64,000 nucleotides of DNA from Selaginella moellendorffii. Its lineage: Eukaryota; Plantae; Lycopodiophyta. How positions within the stretch are numbered: the first letter of the stretch is position 1; every line of letters begins with the position of its first letter. The notes beneath the pieces were generated by a model. It was not told the origin of the DNA. It did no database searches and saw nothing but the letters and a program-made list of their open reading frames with translations. This document shows, piece by piece, positions 51,487-63,408 of the stretch. Position numbers and translations under genes: made by a program. The stretch lies in assembly GCF_000143415.4 (NCBI RefSeq), contig NW_003314297.1, positions 1,642,890 through 1,706,889 on the forward strand. The letters run 5' to 3'.

Positions 51487-51534
51487 GGCCAGATGAATGA
51501 ATTGTCCAATTCAGCTTAGGGTTAGCCCACCGCG

Positions 51535-52314
51535 ATGGAGATGGAGGAGGAGGGGTGGCCGAGGCGGCGGCGGCGGCGGCTGGACGTGGCGGTGTGGAGC
51601 GACGCAGCGGTGCGAATGCTGGTGCTAGTGATGCGCATCCTCAGGTACTCCCGCTCCCTCCAAGACGATCCACAAGACGACGGCGGCGGCGGCGGCAAGA
51701 GCACACAGGTGTGGAAGCGCGTCGCTCGAGCGCTGCAGCTCCGCGGCCACCCCTTGGATGGCGTCCAATGCAAGACCAAGTTCAAGGCACTCAAGGCGGA
51801 CTACCACGCAGCTGTGGCCTCCGCGCACTGCGACCGGTTTAAGTTCTTGGATGACATGCGCCACTACTTTGCCGGCGTTCCTGTGGCCGAGGCTGAATTC
51901 CAGGCTCTCTTTGACGGAGGCCACACCCTGCAAGATTTCTCCCGCATGCTCCTGAGCAGCGATGCTGACGACGCCAGCGATCGTCGCCACCACGCTGCCA
52001 AGAGGCGGCGGAGCGAGGCTTGTCAGCAATCGCGCGAGGAGGACGAGTACAGGGCCGCAAAGCTGCGCCTGCTGGACAAGGAGGTCCAGCTGCAAGAGCA
52101 GCGGCTTGAGCTGGAGGTGGTGAGGGCAGACAACGAGCGGCAGCGGCTGGCCAACGAGTCCCGCCGGATTTGTGTCGAGGAGAGGAGGCTCAAGCACGAC
52201 GAGGAGCAGCTGCACATGTTGAACACGCTCGTGGCGTTGCTGTCCGCGCTGACTGATGGGAGCCAGCTGGGCGCCACAGGATCGCCGCGTTATCCGACGG
52301 CTCGCCCACAGTAG
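51535..52314 (+). CDS. Single-exon trihelix/Myb-SANT-like DNA-binding protein with a C-terminal coiled coil
   Basis: WSDAAVRML...WKRVARAL...QCKTKFKALKADY...FKFLDDM, followed by a heptad-rich tail. Confidence 0.8.
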   Translation: MEMEEEGWPRRRRRRLDVAVWSDAAVRMLVLVMRILRYSRSLQDDPQDDGGGGGKSTQVWKRVARALQLRGHPLDGVQCKTKFKALKADYHAAVASAHCDRFKFLDDMRHYFAGVPVAEAEFQALFDGGHTLQDFSRMLLSSDADDASDRRHHAAKRRRSEACQQSREEDEYRAAKLRLLDKEVQLQEQRLELEVVRADNERQRLANESRRICVEERRLKHDEEQLHMLNTLVALLSALTDGSQLGATGSPRYPTARPQ

Positions 52315-52365
52315 CTCTTCGTGTCTCGCCTCCATTTCGTGGCCTTGATGTCGCACCACCCTAGG

Positions 52366-55300
52366 ATGGCGGAGATGAAGTATGTTGTCGTTACCGGTGG
52401 CGTGGTGAGCGGCCTCGGTAAGGGGGTAACAGCTAGCAGCATTGGCCTGCTGCTCAAGTCATGTGGCCTTCGCGTCACCTCCATCAAGATCGGTACGTGC
52501 GTGCTACTTACTCGTGTGCTGGAATGGCCCGGCCCCGCATTTTCCAGATCCCTACCTCAACATGGACGCGGGAACCATGTCACCCTTCGAGCACGGGGAG
52601 GTGTTTGTTCTTGACGACGGAGGGGAGGTAAGCGTCTGCCGCGCGCTGCATGCATGCTAACCACTGCTGGGAGCGTTTTATGGCTAGGTAGATCTGGATC
52701 TTGGCAACTATGAGCGGTTCCTGGACGTCACTCTCACAAGGGAGAATAACATCACGTCTGGGAAAATATACCAGGTGCCATCCCTTCTCCCGTTGCTCCA
52801 AGTCTCTCGTCTCATTCTTCGTCCCCGCAGGCTGTTCTGGAGAATGAGCGGAGAGGGGACTATCTGGGAAAGACTGTGCAGGTTCAACTCTCGAATTGCT
52901 TGGATTGCCCTCCCTTTCTTACGTCTTCCCTCGCAGATTGTTCCCCATTTGACTGATGTCATCCAAGATCGAATCCAATCGGTGGCCAAGGTTCCAGTGG
53001 ACGGAACTCCTAACCCTCCAGACGTATGCGTTATCGAGCTTGGAGGAGTTGTTGGTACTCTTTCGCATTCTTTATTTCAAGCTCTTCTCACCTTGGGTTC
53101 TCCTCCTCCTCAGGGGACATTGAATCCATGCCATTTATTGAGGCTTTACGACAGCTCCAGTTTTACGTTGGTGAGTTTTATGCGCCCAGTTAACCTATGT
53201 ATGTAACAAGAGTGGAAGTGGTGTATATGGATTAGGTGCTGAAAACTTTTGCCACATTCACGTCAGCCTTGTCCCAGTTCTTGGTGTTGTCGGTGAACAG
53301 GCTAGTATGCATTGTTTTTCTGTCACATGTAGCGGTTGAGCTCACTCTTCTTACTACAGAAGACAAAGCCTGCTCAGCAAAGCATTCGTGAAGTTCGCGC
53401 CTTCGGTTTGGTACCGCACTTACTGGTTTGCAGGAGCGCTCAAGTAAGCGACTAAGCTGTTATTGCCTTGGTTTTCACCTCTTACCTGTTAGAAACTCGA
53501 GGACTACACCAAAGAGAAGTTGTCCCAGTATTGCGATGTCTTGGTATGCATGTGTTTTTGGGGCTTCAGTGTCAAAGACCATTTCTCCTTGCATTCAGAC
53601 TTCCGACATTTTGAACATTTACGATGTCTCAAATATTTGGCACGTGCCCTTGATATTGAGGGTACTCTAGCTCCTATATCATGTAATCTGTTTTAACAGG
53701 TTCTCACTTAGGATCAAGAAGCGCACTATGCAGTCTTAAGCCGTTTGAACCTGAGGTAGATCTGTATTGTGCTTCTGTTTGTTCCTACCTAATGCGCTGT
53801 CTACAGTCCTGCCGAACCTTGTGTCGAGAAATGGTCGGCCATGGCACGGTCTTGCGAGAACTTAACCGTTCCGGTTAGTGTTACGTAATTGGTTTTCTTG
53901 TCCCCATTTAGTTCTGTTCCAGGTTCGGATAGCAGTTGTTGGAAAATACACTGGTCTTGCAGATTCGTACCTCTCCGTTTTAAAGGTAAGCGTTTTGGTG
54001 GCTAGGCTGTAATATTTCCTCTGGGAATGCAGGGTTTACAGCATGCGTGTATTGCATGCTCGAGACGGCTACTTGTTGACTGGGTTGCATCATCCTCTTT
54101 AGAAGATGCTAAGCGTCACGATGTATGCTTACACTTCCATTTGCTAGCTTGTAAATGGAAGTTGTCTTGCAGATGGCTGAGGAATATGAATCAGCTTGGA
54201 GTATGCTAAAGGTACTGGTAATTGTGGTGCTGCACTAGTGTTTGTATTTCTCTTTCTCTTGTGTTGTGTGTGTCAGGATGCTGACGGTATTTTAATTCCC
54301 GGGGGCTTTGGTGCTCGGGGTGTTCAAGGAATGATATTAGCTGCAAAATATGCTCGTGAAAACAATGTTCCCTTTTTGGGCCTCTGTCTTGGCATGCAAG
54401 TCGCGGTCATTGAGTTTTCTCGATCGGTAAGCTTGTGCTTTATGGTTCCGGTTCCCGTGGCATACATCGCAAAACGCAGGTCCTCAATTTGGAGAACGCA
54501 AATAGTACCGAGTTTGACCCGGCCACGCCGTATCCCTGTGTTGTTTTTATGCCCGAGGTAACACGTGTGGTTACGCGAGCTTCACTCGTTCTTTGTTTCG
54601 ATAGGTTTCTGATACGCACAAGGGTGGGACGATGAGGCTAGGATCCCGCGCCACTCTAATTCAGACACCACACTGCATAACCGCAAAGCTGTAAGCTGCC
54701 TCCATCTATCCATAAAGACGTGTGCGAATGACGTGGGTGCAGATACCAGAAGGAGACGCATATTTACGAACGGCACAGGCACAGATATGAGGTGTTTTTA
54801 TGTGCAATGAGCACTAAACGATGGCAGGCTTCCAGGTGAATCCGCAAATGGTTGAAGCGTTGGAAGGCGCTGGATTGTGTTTCGTTGCTAGGGATGAGAC
54901 TGGAAGACGGATGGAGGTGCTCTACGTTGTGGCCTTGTATAATGTATCTCTCTCTATTGTAGCAGATCATGGAGCTGCCAAGCCATCCGTTTTACGTGGG
55001 AGTTCAGTTCCATCCAGAATTCAAATCTCGACCTGGGAAACCGTCTCCTCTGTTCATAGGTAGTAAAATCTTGTGTGCCCGCAAAACAAATTCTGTGCAG
55101 CTCATGGTGCTTCCACTTGGATGGGTCCAGGTTTTATACAGGCCGCTTCGGGACAAATGAATGGCTACATAAAAGGTGACCCGGGCACAGCGGTGAAAGC
55201 CAAGATTGTGGTAACAAAGAGGGGGTATAGGAGCAAGCCTCCAAAGAGACCGGAGACGGGGGTGGGCTACAAGCCCCGGGGCACGGGGCCCAGGCGTCCA

Positions 55301-55450
55301 CCGCCTTCGTCAGCTGGAGCTACAGCTAGTGTTCCCAAGCCGTCAGTGCCCGCAGCTTACGAATACGCGAGTGTAGGAAGGAGACCGTCGTGGCTTCCAA
55401 GGGCGTCTCTCCTCAGGCTGCAAGCTGTAGAGCGCCCGGCCTTTCGGTGA
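52366..55450 (+). CDS. CTPS: CTP synthase, many short exons
   Basis: [59 protein letters not shown] and QFHPEF. Confidence 0.95.
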
Positions 55451-56725
55451 TATAAAAGAAAAAGGAGGAGGGAGGGAGGGAGGGGACATGTTATCTCCGA
55501 GCGGTGGCAGAGGTCAGAGCAAGCTGAGGTGCCGTGCCTGACGCCGACTCCCTTGTTTCCCGCAAATACCCTGCTTGTCTAACGCCAGGATCGGCCATCG
55601 GCTCAGAGATTGGGATTTGAGCGAGTGTGAATGCCATGCCATGAAACGTCAGATTCCTTGAAAGGCCTCCAGGAGCCGTGTCAGGAACGGTGCACGTGTG
55701 CTCTCTCACTCTGCTTGCCAAAGGGCATGTGAACAAGTGGTTTGCTCTTTGCTTAAATGTGCCCCAACCTCCAAGCAAACACAATGCAAATCCAAGCCTT
55801 TGGCTTGACTCGCGGGTCTCTAGTCGGTGGTTTGTTTATATTATCTGCAGCATAGCACACTCTGGCTCTCGCCCCACTACTTGGTTCGACTTTAGTAGTT
55901 GAGGGCACGAGCACCAGTTGGACTCGAGCGCATTGCCAGCCAATGGCCGTGCCAGCACACGCAAATCCGGAGCAAGAGAAACAAGGGCGAGGAGGTACGG
56001 CCAGCATCGTTCCGTAGGTGTTACGAGCGGACAAGCCTATAAGCTGGACGACGGGGCTGAGTGGACGTTTTGTTCCGAGATTAAAAGGCATCTGTCAAGC
56101 TGCAAGCAGCTGCTTGACAGTCGAGTGTCTTTTCCTTTTTCTTTTGTATCGGATTTTCTACGACACTTCTCTACCAAAGTCTTTCTTGGGATTGACGTCG
56201 CCCCCGTACACGATGCGATGGTGTGTGCCTTATATGTTAGATTGCATTCAATCCTGCGCCCTGTCCACCCGTCCGTCGCATCCTGCATGGCCCGGCCCAT
56301 GTATACATTTTTCCATTCCATCGTATAGGCTCCAAAACACCATATGACATGTCAAGAGTGAGGACGAGTAAAGCCCACCCCCACCGCCTCCGGAAGAATC
56401 AAGCAGCTACCAGTGCTGCACAAGCAAACATGACATCCTGGCCTGCAGTCCCTGCAGCAGGGTAATATACAGCTCGGTTGGTATATTGTGTATATACAGC
56501 GCGCGCATGAACATGTATAAGGACCTCCCTCTCTACTTATTGGCTTGTGAGTCCTGAGCAGGCAGCAGCAGTCTGTTCTTGAGATCTTCTCCGTCTGCGC
56601 TCAAGCCCCTCCCCACACAGCCTTTTGGCATTCATCTGCTTCTCAGCTTCAACTGTCTTGTAGCTGCCGGTCTTTAAGTTCCCTCAGTGAATTACTGTGA
56701 AGTATCTAAGCTGCGACTGAGAAGG

Positions 56726-57223
56726 ATGGTTAATGCCGCTTCAACAGCCCTTGCTCTTGGATGTTGCTGTTGCCTCTTGGCGGCCGCATGTCTTTTATGT
56801 TCCGCGGATGCCTCCCGGGCAACAGCGGGTAAGGTTTGCAGAATTTGCTATCTGATTATGACGGCAATGGTCCTCTAACACAGAGCCGCATTCTCTACGG
56901 CCTCCTGTAGGAGCAAGGAAACAAGCCTCGCGGCGAATGTTGACAGGTAAGGTCTAGATTGCTGGCATGCTGATCGTGACTCGTGTCCAGAAGGAGCGAG
57001 AGGCCAAGCAAGAAGAGTTTTAAAAGCGCTCGACTTCGAACAAGCGCCTCCTCCTGCGCAGGGGCCACTGGGATACTCGTCCTCTTTCACTAGCAAAAGC
57101 CACATTCCAAGCGACTCGGACGAGCTGATGAGTATGGACTACACTCCCGTTCACAGAAAACCGCCAATCAATAACAGAATCCCCTACTTACCCGTCCACT
57201 ACAGCCCTGGCAGAGGCCAATGA
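56726..57223 (+). CDS. RGF: RGF/GOLVEN/CLEL sulfated peptide precursor, 3 exons
   Basis: Exons 56726-56828, 56884-56946 and 56991-57223 join in frame. Signal peptide, RRML and RRVL sites, and DYTPVHRKPPINN at 57137-57175. Confidence 0.85.
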
Positions 57224-57589
57224 GCGATGCCCCTGTAAAGGCGGTCGGGCGAGTAAATTTGTTTTCTTGGTCACCATAGCCTCAACAGCCTATTGATGGT
57301 GGTGCCTATTGTGCATGCCAACGCAGGGGGTAGTGGACGTGTGTTTTGTGAATTGAGCGAGTGCTAGTGAAGTCGATGATTCATGTAGATATATGCTGCC
57401 CAGGTAGCTTTTCGTGTGGCCCGGCGTTTACACTGCGATGCCTAGCGCAGCTGACGTCGTTCATGGCACACTTCTACGACACGGGATGAAATAACCACCA
57501 CGTTGTGCGTTCCATCGTAGTGTCCAGCTTAACAACTAGGTGACAATACCGGTTCTTCTTTATACACACAAGATTAAAAATCCATGAAA

Positions 57590-58338
57590 TCAAGGAGGAA
57601 TCCAGTCCAGGTGACCACACCCATTAGCAATGAGCCGCCTGCTTCTTCTTCTGCTTCTGCCTCTTCTTCTTCGTCTCGTTGTTGCTGCTTTCATCTTGTG
57701 GTGAGGATGATGCAGCGGCGTGTGTTGATCTCTTCCTACTAGTGTGATCGGGATTTGGCACCACACCAGTATCAGCAGCGTCACAAGGTTGACAAGGCAA
57801 CTCAAGTCGCGTGACAGGAATTCCAACGGCAGGGAACCTGAAGCCACGAAGCGCACAGTCACGAGCCAAGCAGAACGATAAACCTTACCCTTGACGAGCA
57901 CGGCAGGCTCTGCCACGCCACTCTTGGCGGCCTTGTTCAACCTCGACACCTCCTGCCGAAGCACCACATTCTCCGTAGAAACAAAGCGCACCGACTGCTC
58001 CAATTGGGTGCAGCGGCCCTCCAAAAGGCGGCACTTTGCCTCGAGACCTGTCACGTACCACTTTTTTCTCTGCCGGGACTGCCAGGCCGACTGCCGGTTG
58101 CGTTGGAGCCTGTAGGGAGGGCGTCCAAAGTGTGAGCAGTGTGTGTGTGTGTGTGTGCTTACCTCGACTGCCGCTTCACCTCTTCCTCGTCGTGCTGCCG
58201 CTGCTGCTGCTGCTGCTGCTGCTGCTCGTCATCCGGATCCGAGCAGCTCAACAGCACCTCGTCCACAAACCTCCCCCATGAATCATCGTCCACGCCCACA
58301 AACAGATCCGAGAGCTCCACATCCGAGAGGACCGTCAT
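57590..58338 (-). CDS. bZIP60: bZIP60-like membrane-tethered bZIP transcription factor
   Basis: RLQRNRQSAWQSRQRKK basic region and leucine zipper, EPAVL...SLPL, then a hydrophobic segment. Introns at 58110-58162 and 57838-57888. Confidence 0.88.
57820..57910 (-). other. IRE1-type unconventional splice signal: twin stem-loops bracketing 23 nt
   Basis: The spliced mRNA reads GAGC-CUG^CCGU-GCUC...UUCC-CUG^CCGUU-GGAA, with 23 nt between the predicted cuts. Confidence 0.85.
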
Positions 58339-58382
58339 GGCGCCGCACCCTGGCCCCAAACCCTAGCTTCGCCCTTGAATGA

Positions 58383-60029
58383 ATGAAGAAGCTTCCAGGC
58401 AACCTGTTGATCGAGGCGGCGTCGAGGCGGGGCAGCGTGGCTGATGCGCAGCGCGCCTTTGACACCATTCCCGCCCCCAACCTCTACTCGTGGAACCTGC
58501 TGCTGGCCGCATATGCCCAGAATGGGCACCTGTGGCAGGCGCGCCGCGTCTTGGCCTGCATGCCCGCACCCAACGTCGTCTCGTGGAATGTGCTGCTGTC
58601 CGCCTGCTCCCGCCGCGGCCGCCCAGATGAGGCGCGGCAGCTCTTCCACTGGATGCCGCAGCACGACACGGTGAGCTGGAACACGGTGGAGCATATGTTC
58701 GCGGCCAGTGGCCACTGCCGCGACGCGCGGCAGACGTTCGACGCCATGCCCCAGCGCAGCGTCCTGTCGTGGAACACCCTCGTCTCCGCCTACGCCTTCC
58801 AGCGCCAGCTGCGGGACGCCCGCCTTGTCCTCGACCTCATGCCCGCTCGCAACTCAATCTCCGTCAACACTATGATCAAGGGCTACGCGTCTGCCGGCGC
58901 ACTGCACGCCGCGGCGCTGCTCTTCTCTGCCATGCCCAATCGCGACCTTGTGTCGTGGAACTCGATGCTCACCGCCGCCAGCTGCTGGCAGCAGCACCAG
59001 CGGCTGTGGCATCGGATGCCGCGGTGGGACGTGGTGTCGTGCAACGCGCGGATCCAGGCGTGCTTGGGCAGCAGCCTTCACGCGGACGAGGGGGCGGCCA
59101 CCTTCTGGGCCATGCCTGGCAGGGACGTGGTGAGCTGGAACACGGCGGCGGCGGGCTACGCGCGGCTGGGCCGCCCCCGCCACGCCCGCCGACTGCTGGA
59201 GCTGATGCCGCAGCGGGACCTTGTGTCCGCCAACTGCTGGCTGCATTACTGCTGCCACACACCCGGCGCCACCAAGCTCGGCTTCGATGCCATGCCCCAG
59301 CGCGACAGCGCGTCGTGGAACTCGATGCTCGCCAGCTGCGAGCTGCCGGTCGCCGACGAGCTCTTCTGGCGGCGGATGCCTGCTTGGGACGTGATCTCGT
59401 GCACGCTCATGGTGGCGGCCTATGGCAGGAGCCTGGGTGGCATGGACGCCGCGGGCCGCGCGTTTGCCGCCATGCAGCACAGGGACGTTGCGGCGTGGAC
59501 CGCCATCATCTCGGCGTATGCCACGCACGGGGACTGCGCCCGTGCGGTGGCGCAGTCGTGGGGCATGGCATTGGACGGGCTGGAACCCAACTACGTCACT
59601 TACACTGTCCTTCTCCACGCGTGTGCACAGGCGGGGTTGCTGGAGCAAGGCGCTGCATGCTTGGCCGCCGCCGGTGTCACCGTTGCGGACGAGCAGCACT
59701 ACTCGTGCTGCGTCGACATGCTGGCCCGTGCTAAGCAGCTGGCTGCCGCCGAGGAGCTCATCGCCGCCATGCCCGTCCCTCCCACCGCTGTCACCTGGAC
59801 GGCCATGCTGTCTGCATGTCGTGTCCAGGGCGATGTGCAGCGGGCCGACACCGCCGCAGCACAACTCCTCGACCTCGACCCCGCCAGTGCGCTGCCATAC
59901 GTGCTACTCCTCAGCGTCTACACCGAGGCAGGCCGGACGGAGGAAGCAACGGCATTGAGACGGCTCATGAGCCGCAGGGGAGTGATGAAGATGGAGCCCG
60001 GCACCACTATGATCCTCCTCGACACGTAA
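58383..60029 (+). CDS. PLS-class pentatricopeptide repeat protein with an E domain and no visible DYW
   Basis: Repeated MP.RD.VSWN units, HYSCCVDMLARA, TWTAMLSACRVQGD and MKMEPGTTMI. Confidence 0.92.
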   Translation: MKKLPGNLLIEAASRRGSVADAQRAFDTIPAPNLYSWNLLLAAYAQNGHLWQARRVLACMPAPNVVSWNVLLSACSRRGRPDEARQLFHWMPQHDTVSWNTVEHMFAASGHCRDARQTFDAMPQRSVLSWNTLVSAYAFQRQLRDARLVLDLMPARNSISVNTMIKGYASAGALHAAALLFSAMPNRDLVSWNSMLTAASCWQQHQRLWHRMPRWDVVSCNARIQACLGSSLHADEGAATFWAMPGRDVVSWNTAAAGYARLGRPRHARRLLELMPQRDLVSANCWLHYCCHTPGATKLGFDAMPQRDSASWNSMLASCELPVADELFWRRMPAWDVISCTLMVAAYGRSLGGMDAAGRAFAAMQHRDVAAWTAIISAYATHGDCARAVAQSWGMALDGLEPNYVTYTVLLHACAQAGLLEQGAACLAAAGVTVADEQHYSCCVDMLARAKQLAAAEELIAAMPVPPTAVTWTAMLSACRVQGDVQRADTAAAQLLDLDPASALPYVLLLSVYTEAGRTEEATALRRLMSRRGVMKMEPGTTMILLDT

Positions 60030-60110
60030 GTAACGACTACCCTCCGAAACAGGCGCGGTTTATTGTTTGCGGCCCATAACTGACTCCAGTACTAGGGACA
60101 AGGTCGTCGG

Positions 60111-62435
60111 CATGGCCAGCTCTGTGCAAGGTCAAGTCCTGGGGTGAGTCACGACACTTTATATGCACATGCATACGTCTCGTATTGCAGGCAACCTTGC
60201 TGCTCCCCCAGTCTTATCACTCACGTTCGAGCAGCAGTTCTCTCCCACTTGGGTGTTGATCCCGTGGACGCGCTCGCCAAGGTACTAGTAGCGCTCCGCC
60301 TCTCTAACTATACACGTGACGCCTCACGCCTGCTCAGGGAACCCTCCAGCAAAACTCCGTGGAGCTGCACGTTCACCACCACCACCACGTCTACGTGGAC
60401 CAAAACCCCCGAATGCACGACGCGTCCCGGAAGGAGTACGAAGAGCTTGCCAACACCACTCTCCTGGATATGCTATGGGCTAAAAACAAGCCATGCTACG
60501 GCAAAGTTAACATCACGTCTCCCACGCTTGAGCAACAGACTCCTGCAGAAGGAGCTCAAGCCAATAACAAGGGCACTGCAACTAAACAAGTGCGGCCTCA
60601 CAAGCTGAAGAGGCTCTTCCCTGGGAACAAGTCATCGCAGGGAGTAGACAAGGCTAACTTATGCGCAACCACCAAGTCTAAAGTCCGCTGCCTCGAAGCA
60701 GCAGCGCAGGAGAGAATTAAGAAGCTCTCTGACCTTGGAACACTGATTGCAAGGGGATTTCAGACAGACACCAAAGAAACCTTTTGCCAAACGCAACCAA
60801 ATGCTCCTCATACTTCACAACAGCACAAGAAACATACACTCAATGAACGTTTCCAGGCTGCCGAGGCAAGCTTTGTAGCTGCTCTCAACGTACTGACCAA
60901 CTAACCAGTGCTCGACCCTCAGGCGGCTAGAGACAGGCTACGTGAACTCGTGAAGGCATGCGTAAGACAATATCCGCGAAAGTTTGTGCCAGAGGAGATT
61001 CTCAGGAAGCAGAAAGAGTTGCAAGCACTGGAACGAATTCAGAACCTTTTTAATAACCAGAATGACAACTCTACAGGGATTTCTCTAATGTCCACCTCTG
61101 TGGCAAGTCTACAAGAGAAATCCCCTTCGCATGGCTCGTTTGATGTAAGTGGTTGCACTGTTGATGAAATTGGTGCGCATGCAGATCCTAACCACGAACT
61201 GTCGAAAAATCGTGCTGAGCCGTCACGCTCCGGGAGGAAGCCCATTCCTTCCGAAGAGGCGCCTGTGTGGCTGTCGGAACAAGGATGGTGTGATGTTTAT
61301 GCTTCGCCTGCCGTGTTGGCTAATGGCATATCAAGTCCACTGGAGTACTTGACGCTGTTTCAAATGCACCAGTCGAGAACCGCTTGTAATCCATGGCTTA
61401 AGTTGCTGGAGACTGAGCTTGCCAAGCTTGTATCAGCGCTGGGCTTTCAGCAAATTGAAGATGGCCTTGAGAATCTAGACAAGAAGCTGGGTAACGTGGA
61501 ACAGGCGGCAGAAACTCTTAGAGAGAAAGAAGTTAAGCGTTCAGAACAACAACCACAGCGGTCACTCTCCGACAGTATTACTTCTTGCTGCGCAGTGAAA
61601 AACACACAGGTACCGACTGGCGTCAGTTTCTAGATTTCGTAATGACGATGTTTAATACACGCAGCTTGAACACATTCTTTCATTTCTAATCTCAACGTCA
61701 GAGAAGTTCCAATCGTTTGTAAAGGTCACAAAAGAAGCACTGTTAGATGAGGACCGGAAAAACACTCTTTTCAAACAATGCGCTGGAGACAAGCGATTAC
61801 ATCTGGAAGTACTAGACTCTGGATTTGAGCTCAATTCTGAACTCCTTGACATCCTCAATCGAATGGAGAGTGCACTAACACATTTTGCGAGGTTTAGCAC
61901 CGAGTTACTGCCTTTTCTCAGTGAGCATCTATCTGTGACGAAAAAGCTTGTAAGTGTTTCTTTTGTTATTATGGCTGTTGACGTGAATGAGCTATTGCTA
62001 GCGGGATGCCACATCCACCTCAGCAATAAGAAAGGTACAACATCGGGCATCGTGGCCAGAGAATGAGATGCAAAAGACGGTCTCTCTCTCTCCCTCTCCC
62101 TCTCTGTGTGTTGCCTGCGTGATTTACCATATTTTTCTGTGCAGTCGTCTGCTATAGATGGTGCATTCGAGAATTTCATGTTGATCAAGGATATAGAAAA
62201 AACCAAGAAGCATTCTGAAGAGATGGTACAGATAATGGGCTCCTTAGAGCACCAATACAACATTCTGAAAACGAAGTTTGAGCAATTGTCTACATTTGAC
62301 GAAGGACATTCTCGGGAATCTCGTGAAAACGTGCCTAACAATCAGCAAATGGAGTCCTTAAGCAACCAAAAGCTGGAGAATGGAATCCGAAATGTGTCCT
62401 CTGCGATTCCAGAAGCAGGAAATTTTTTCACTTGA
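60111..62435 (+). CDS. Uncharacterised multi-exon protein with coiled-coil segments; gene model uncertain
   Basis: Successive plus-strand ORFs (60359-60904, 60908-61633, 62106-62435) with splice-like junctions. Confidence 0.45.
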
Positions 62436-62482
62436 TTGGACGCTAACGAACAGTGAAACAACTATAGGGACGTCTATTAAAC

Positions 62483-63295
62483 TCAGTTGAGCCTCTTGCA
62501 GTACTTTTCAATGATAATGTAATTTTTTAGAACGAGGTTGCACCTAACCCTGAAGTTAAACGGAGGAGATTTTAGCGTCCCAATTGTTGACATAGTGCCT
62601 TTCATAACAAGGTCTGCACCAAAAAAGGTCCGTTTTCCGGAACTGCTTAACATGGTGTAGTACACGTTGAGTGGAATGGGTAGCAGTTTCTGCGAGACAA
62701 ACAGCTTGAACGACTGAGAGCTGCTTCTGGGTTGTGTAAAGGGCATGCTTTTTGTGGCTCCAAACCTGAAGCCATTGTAGAAGACAGTGAGTTCAATGCT
62801 CTCTACGAACATGTCCACTTTCTTGTTGGAATTGGTAAAGAGAATTGTGTACGAGGCATTAAAGGTGAAATAAGCAGCAAAATAGTTTCCGGAGCCTGAA
62901 CTTGTTTGTTCCGCAATCTGTGCAGGGGTGAGAGCGGTAATGGCAAGGGAAACAAATCCTGCTCCCGTGACTTCAAAATCCGGTGCTACTGGCTGGAGAT
63001 GTATGTACATTGCGAGCATGATCAGGCACAGAATAAAAATTACGCAAGAGAAGGCTACCAGACCACCAAAGAGCTCTTCTCCAAGTGCCTTGAGCTGTTG
63101 CTCCCGCTGCAGTTCTCTCTCGGCAGCATCAAAATGACTTTTGTTAAAAATCCTGCTGAGATTTTGCGAGTTTGGGATTCCCTCGTCTTCATCCACGACA
63201 AGACTGATCCTGGTAAACTTGCCTCCAGCTTGGGCCACTTTCCCAGCTTCTTCATCACCTTCAGCATCACCGCCAAAGCGTACTCCTCGTGGCAT
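62483..63295 (-). CDS. LEA_2 / NDR1-HIN1-like membrane protein
   Basis: Single TM helix followed by P..PDFEV, NSNKKVDMFVESIELTVFYNG and PFTQP. Confidence 0.8.
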   Translation of the reverse strand: MPRGVRFGGDAEGDEEAGKVAQAGGKFTRISLVVDEDEGIPNSQNLSRIFNKSHFDAAERELQREQQLKALGEELFGGLVAFSCVIFILCLIMLAMYIHLQPVAPDFEVTGAGFVSLAITALTPAQIAEQTSSGSGNYFAAYFTFNASYTILFTNSNKKVDMFVESIELTVFYNGFRFGATKSMPFTQPRSSSQSFKLFVSQKLLPIPLNVYYTMLSSSGKRTFFGADLVMKGTMSTIGTLKSPPFNFRVRCNLVLKNYIIIEKYCKRLN

Positions 63296-63408
63296 TTCAT
63301 GTCCACGCACAGACACACACTCGCGGATACCGCATCCTTCCTTGGATCACAAGCGGTTACGTTTGAAATTTAACGCGCGCAGAAGCTGCCGTGGATATCA
63401 TCCAACGG

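Noticed and set aside
55491-56347. Short ORFs between CTP synthase and the RGF gene
   Set aside because: No motifs or consistent splice pattern; likely UTR or promoter sequence.
58769-59958. Long overlapping and antisense ORFs over the PPR gene
   Set aside because: Shadow ORFs of GC-rich coding sequence with no recognisable motifs.
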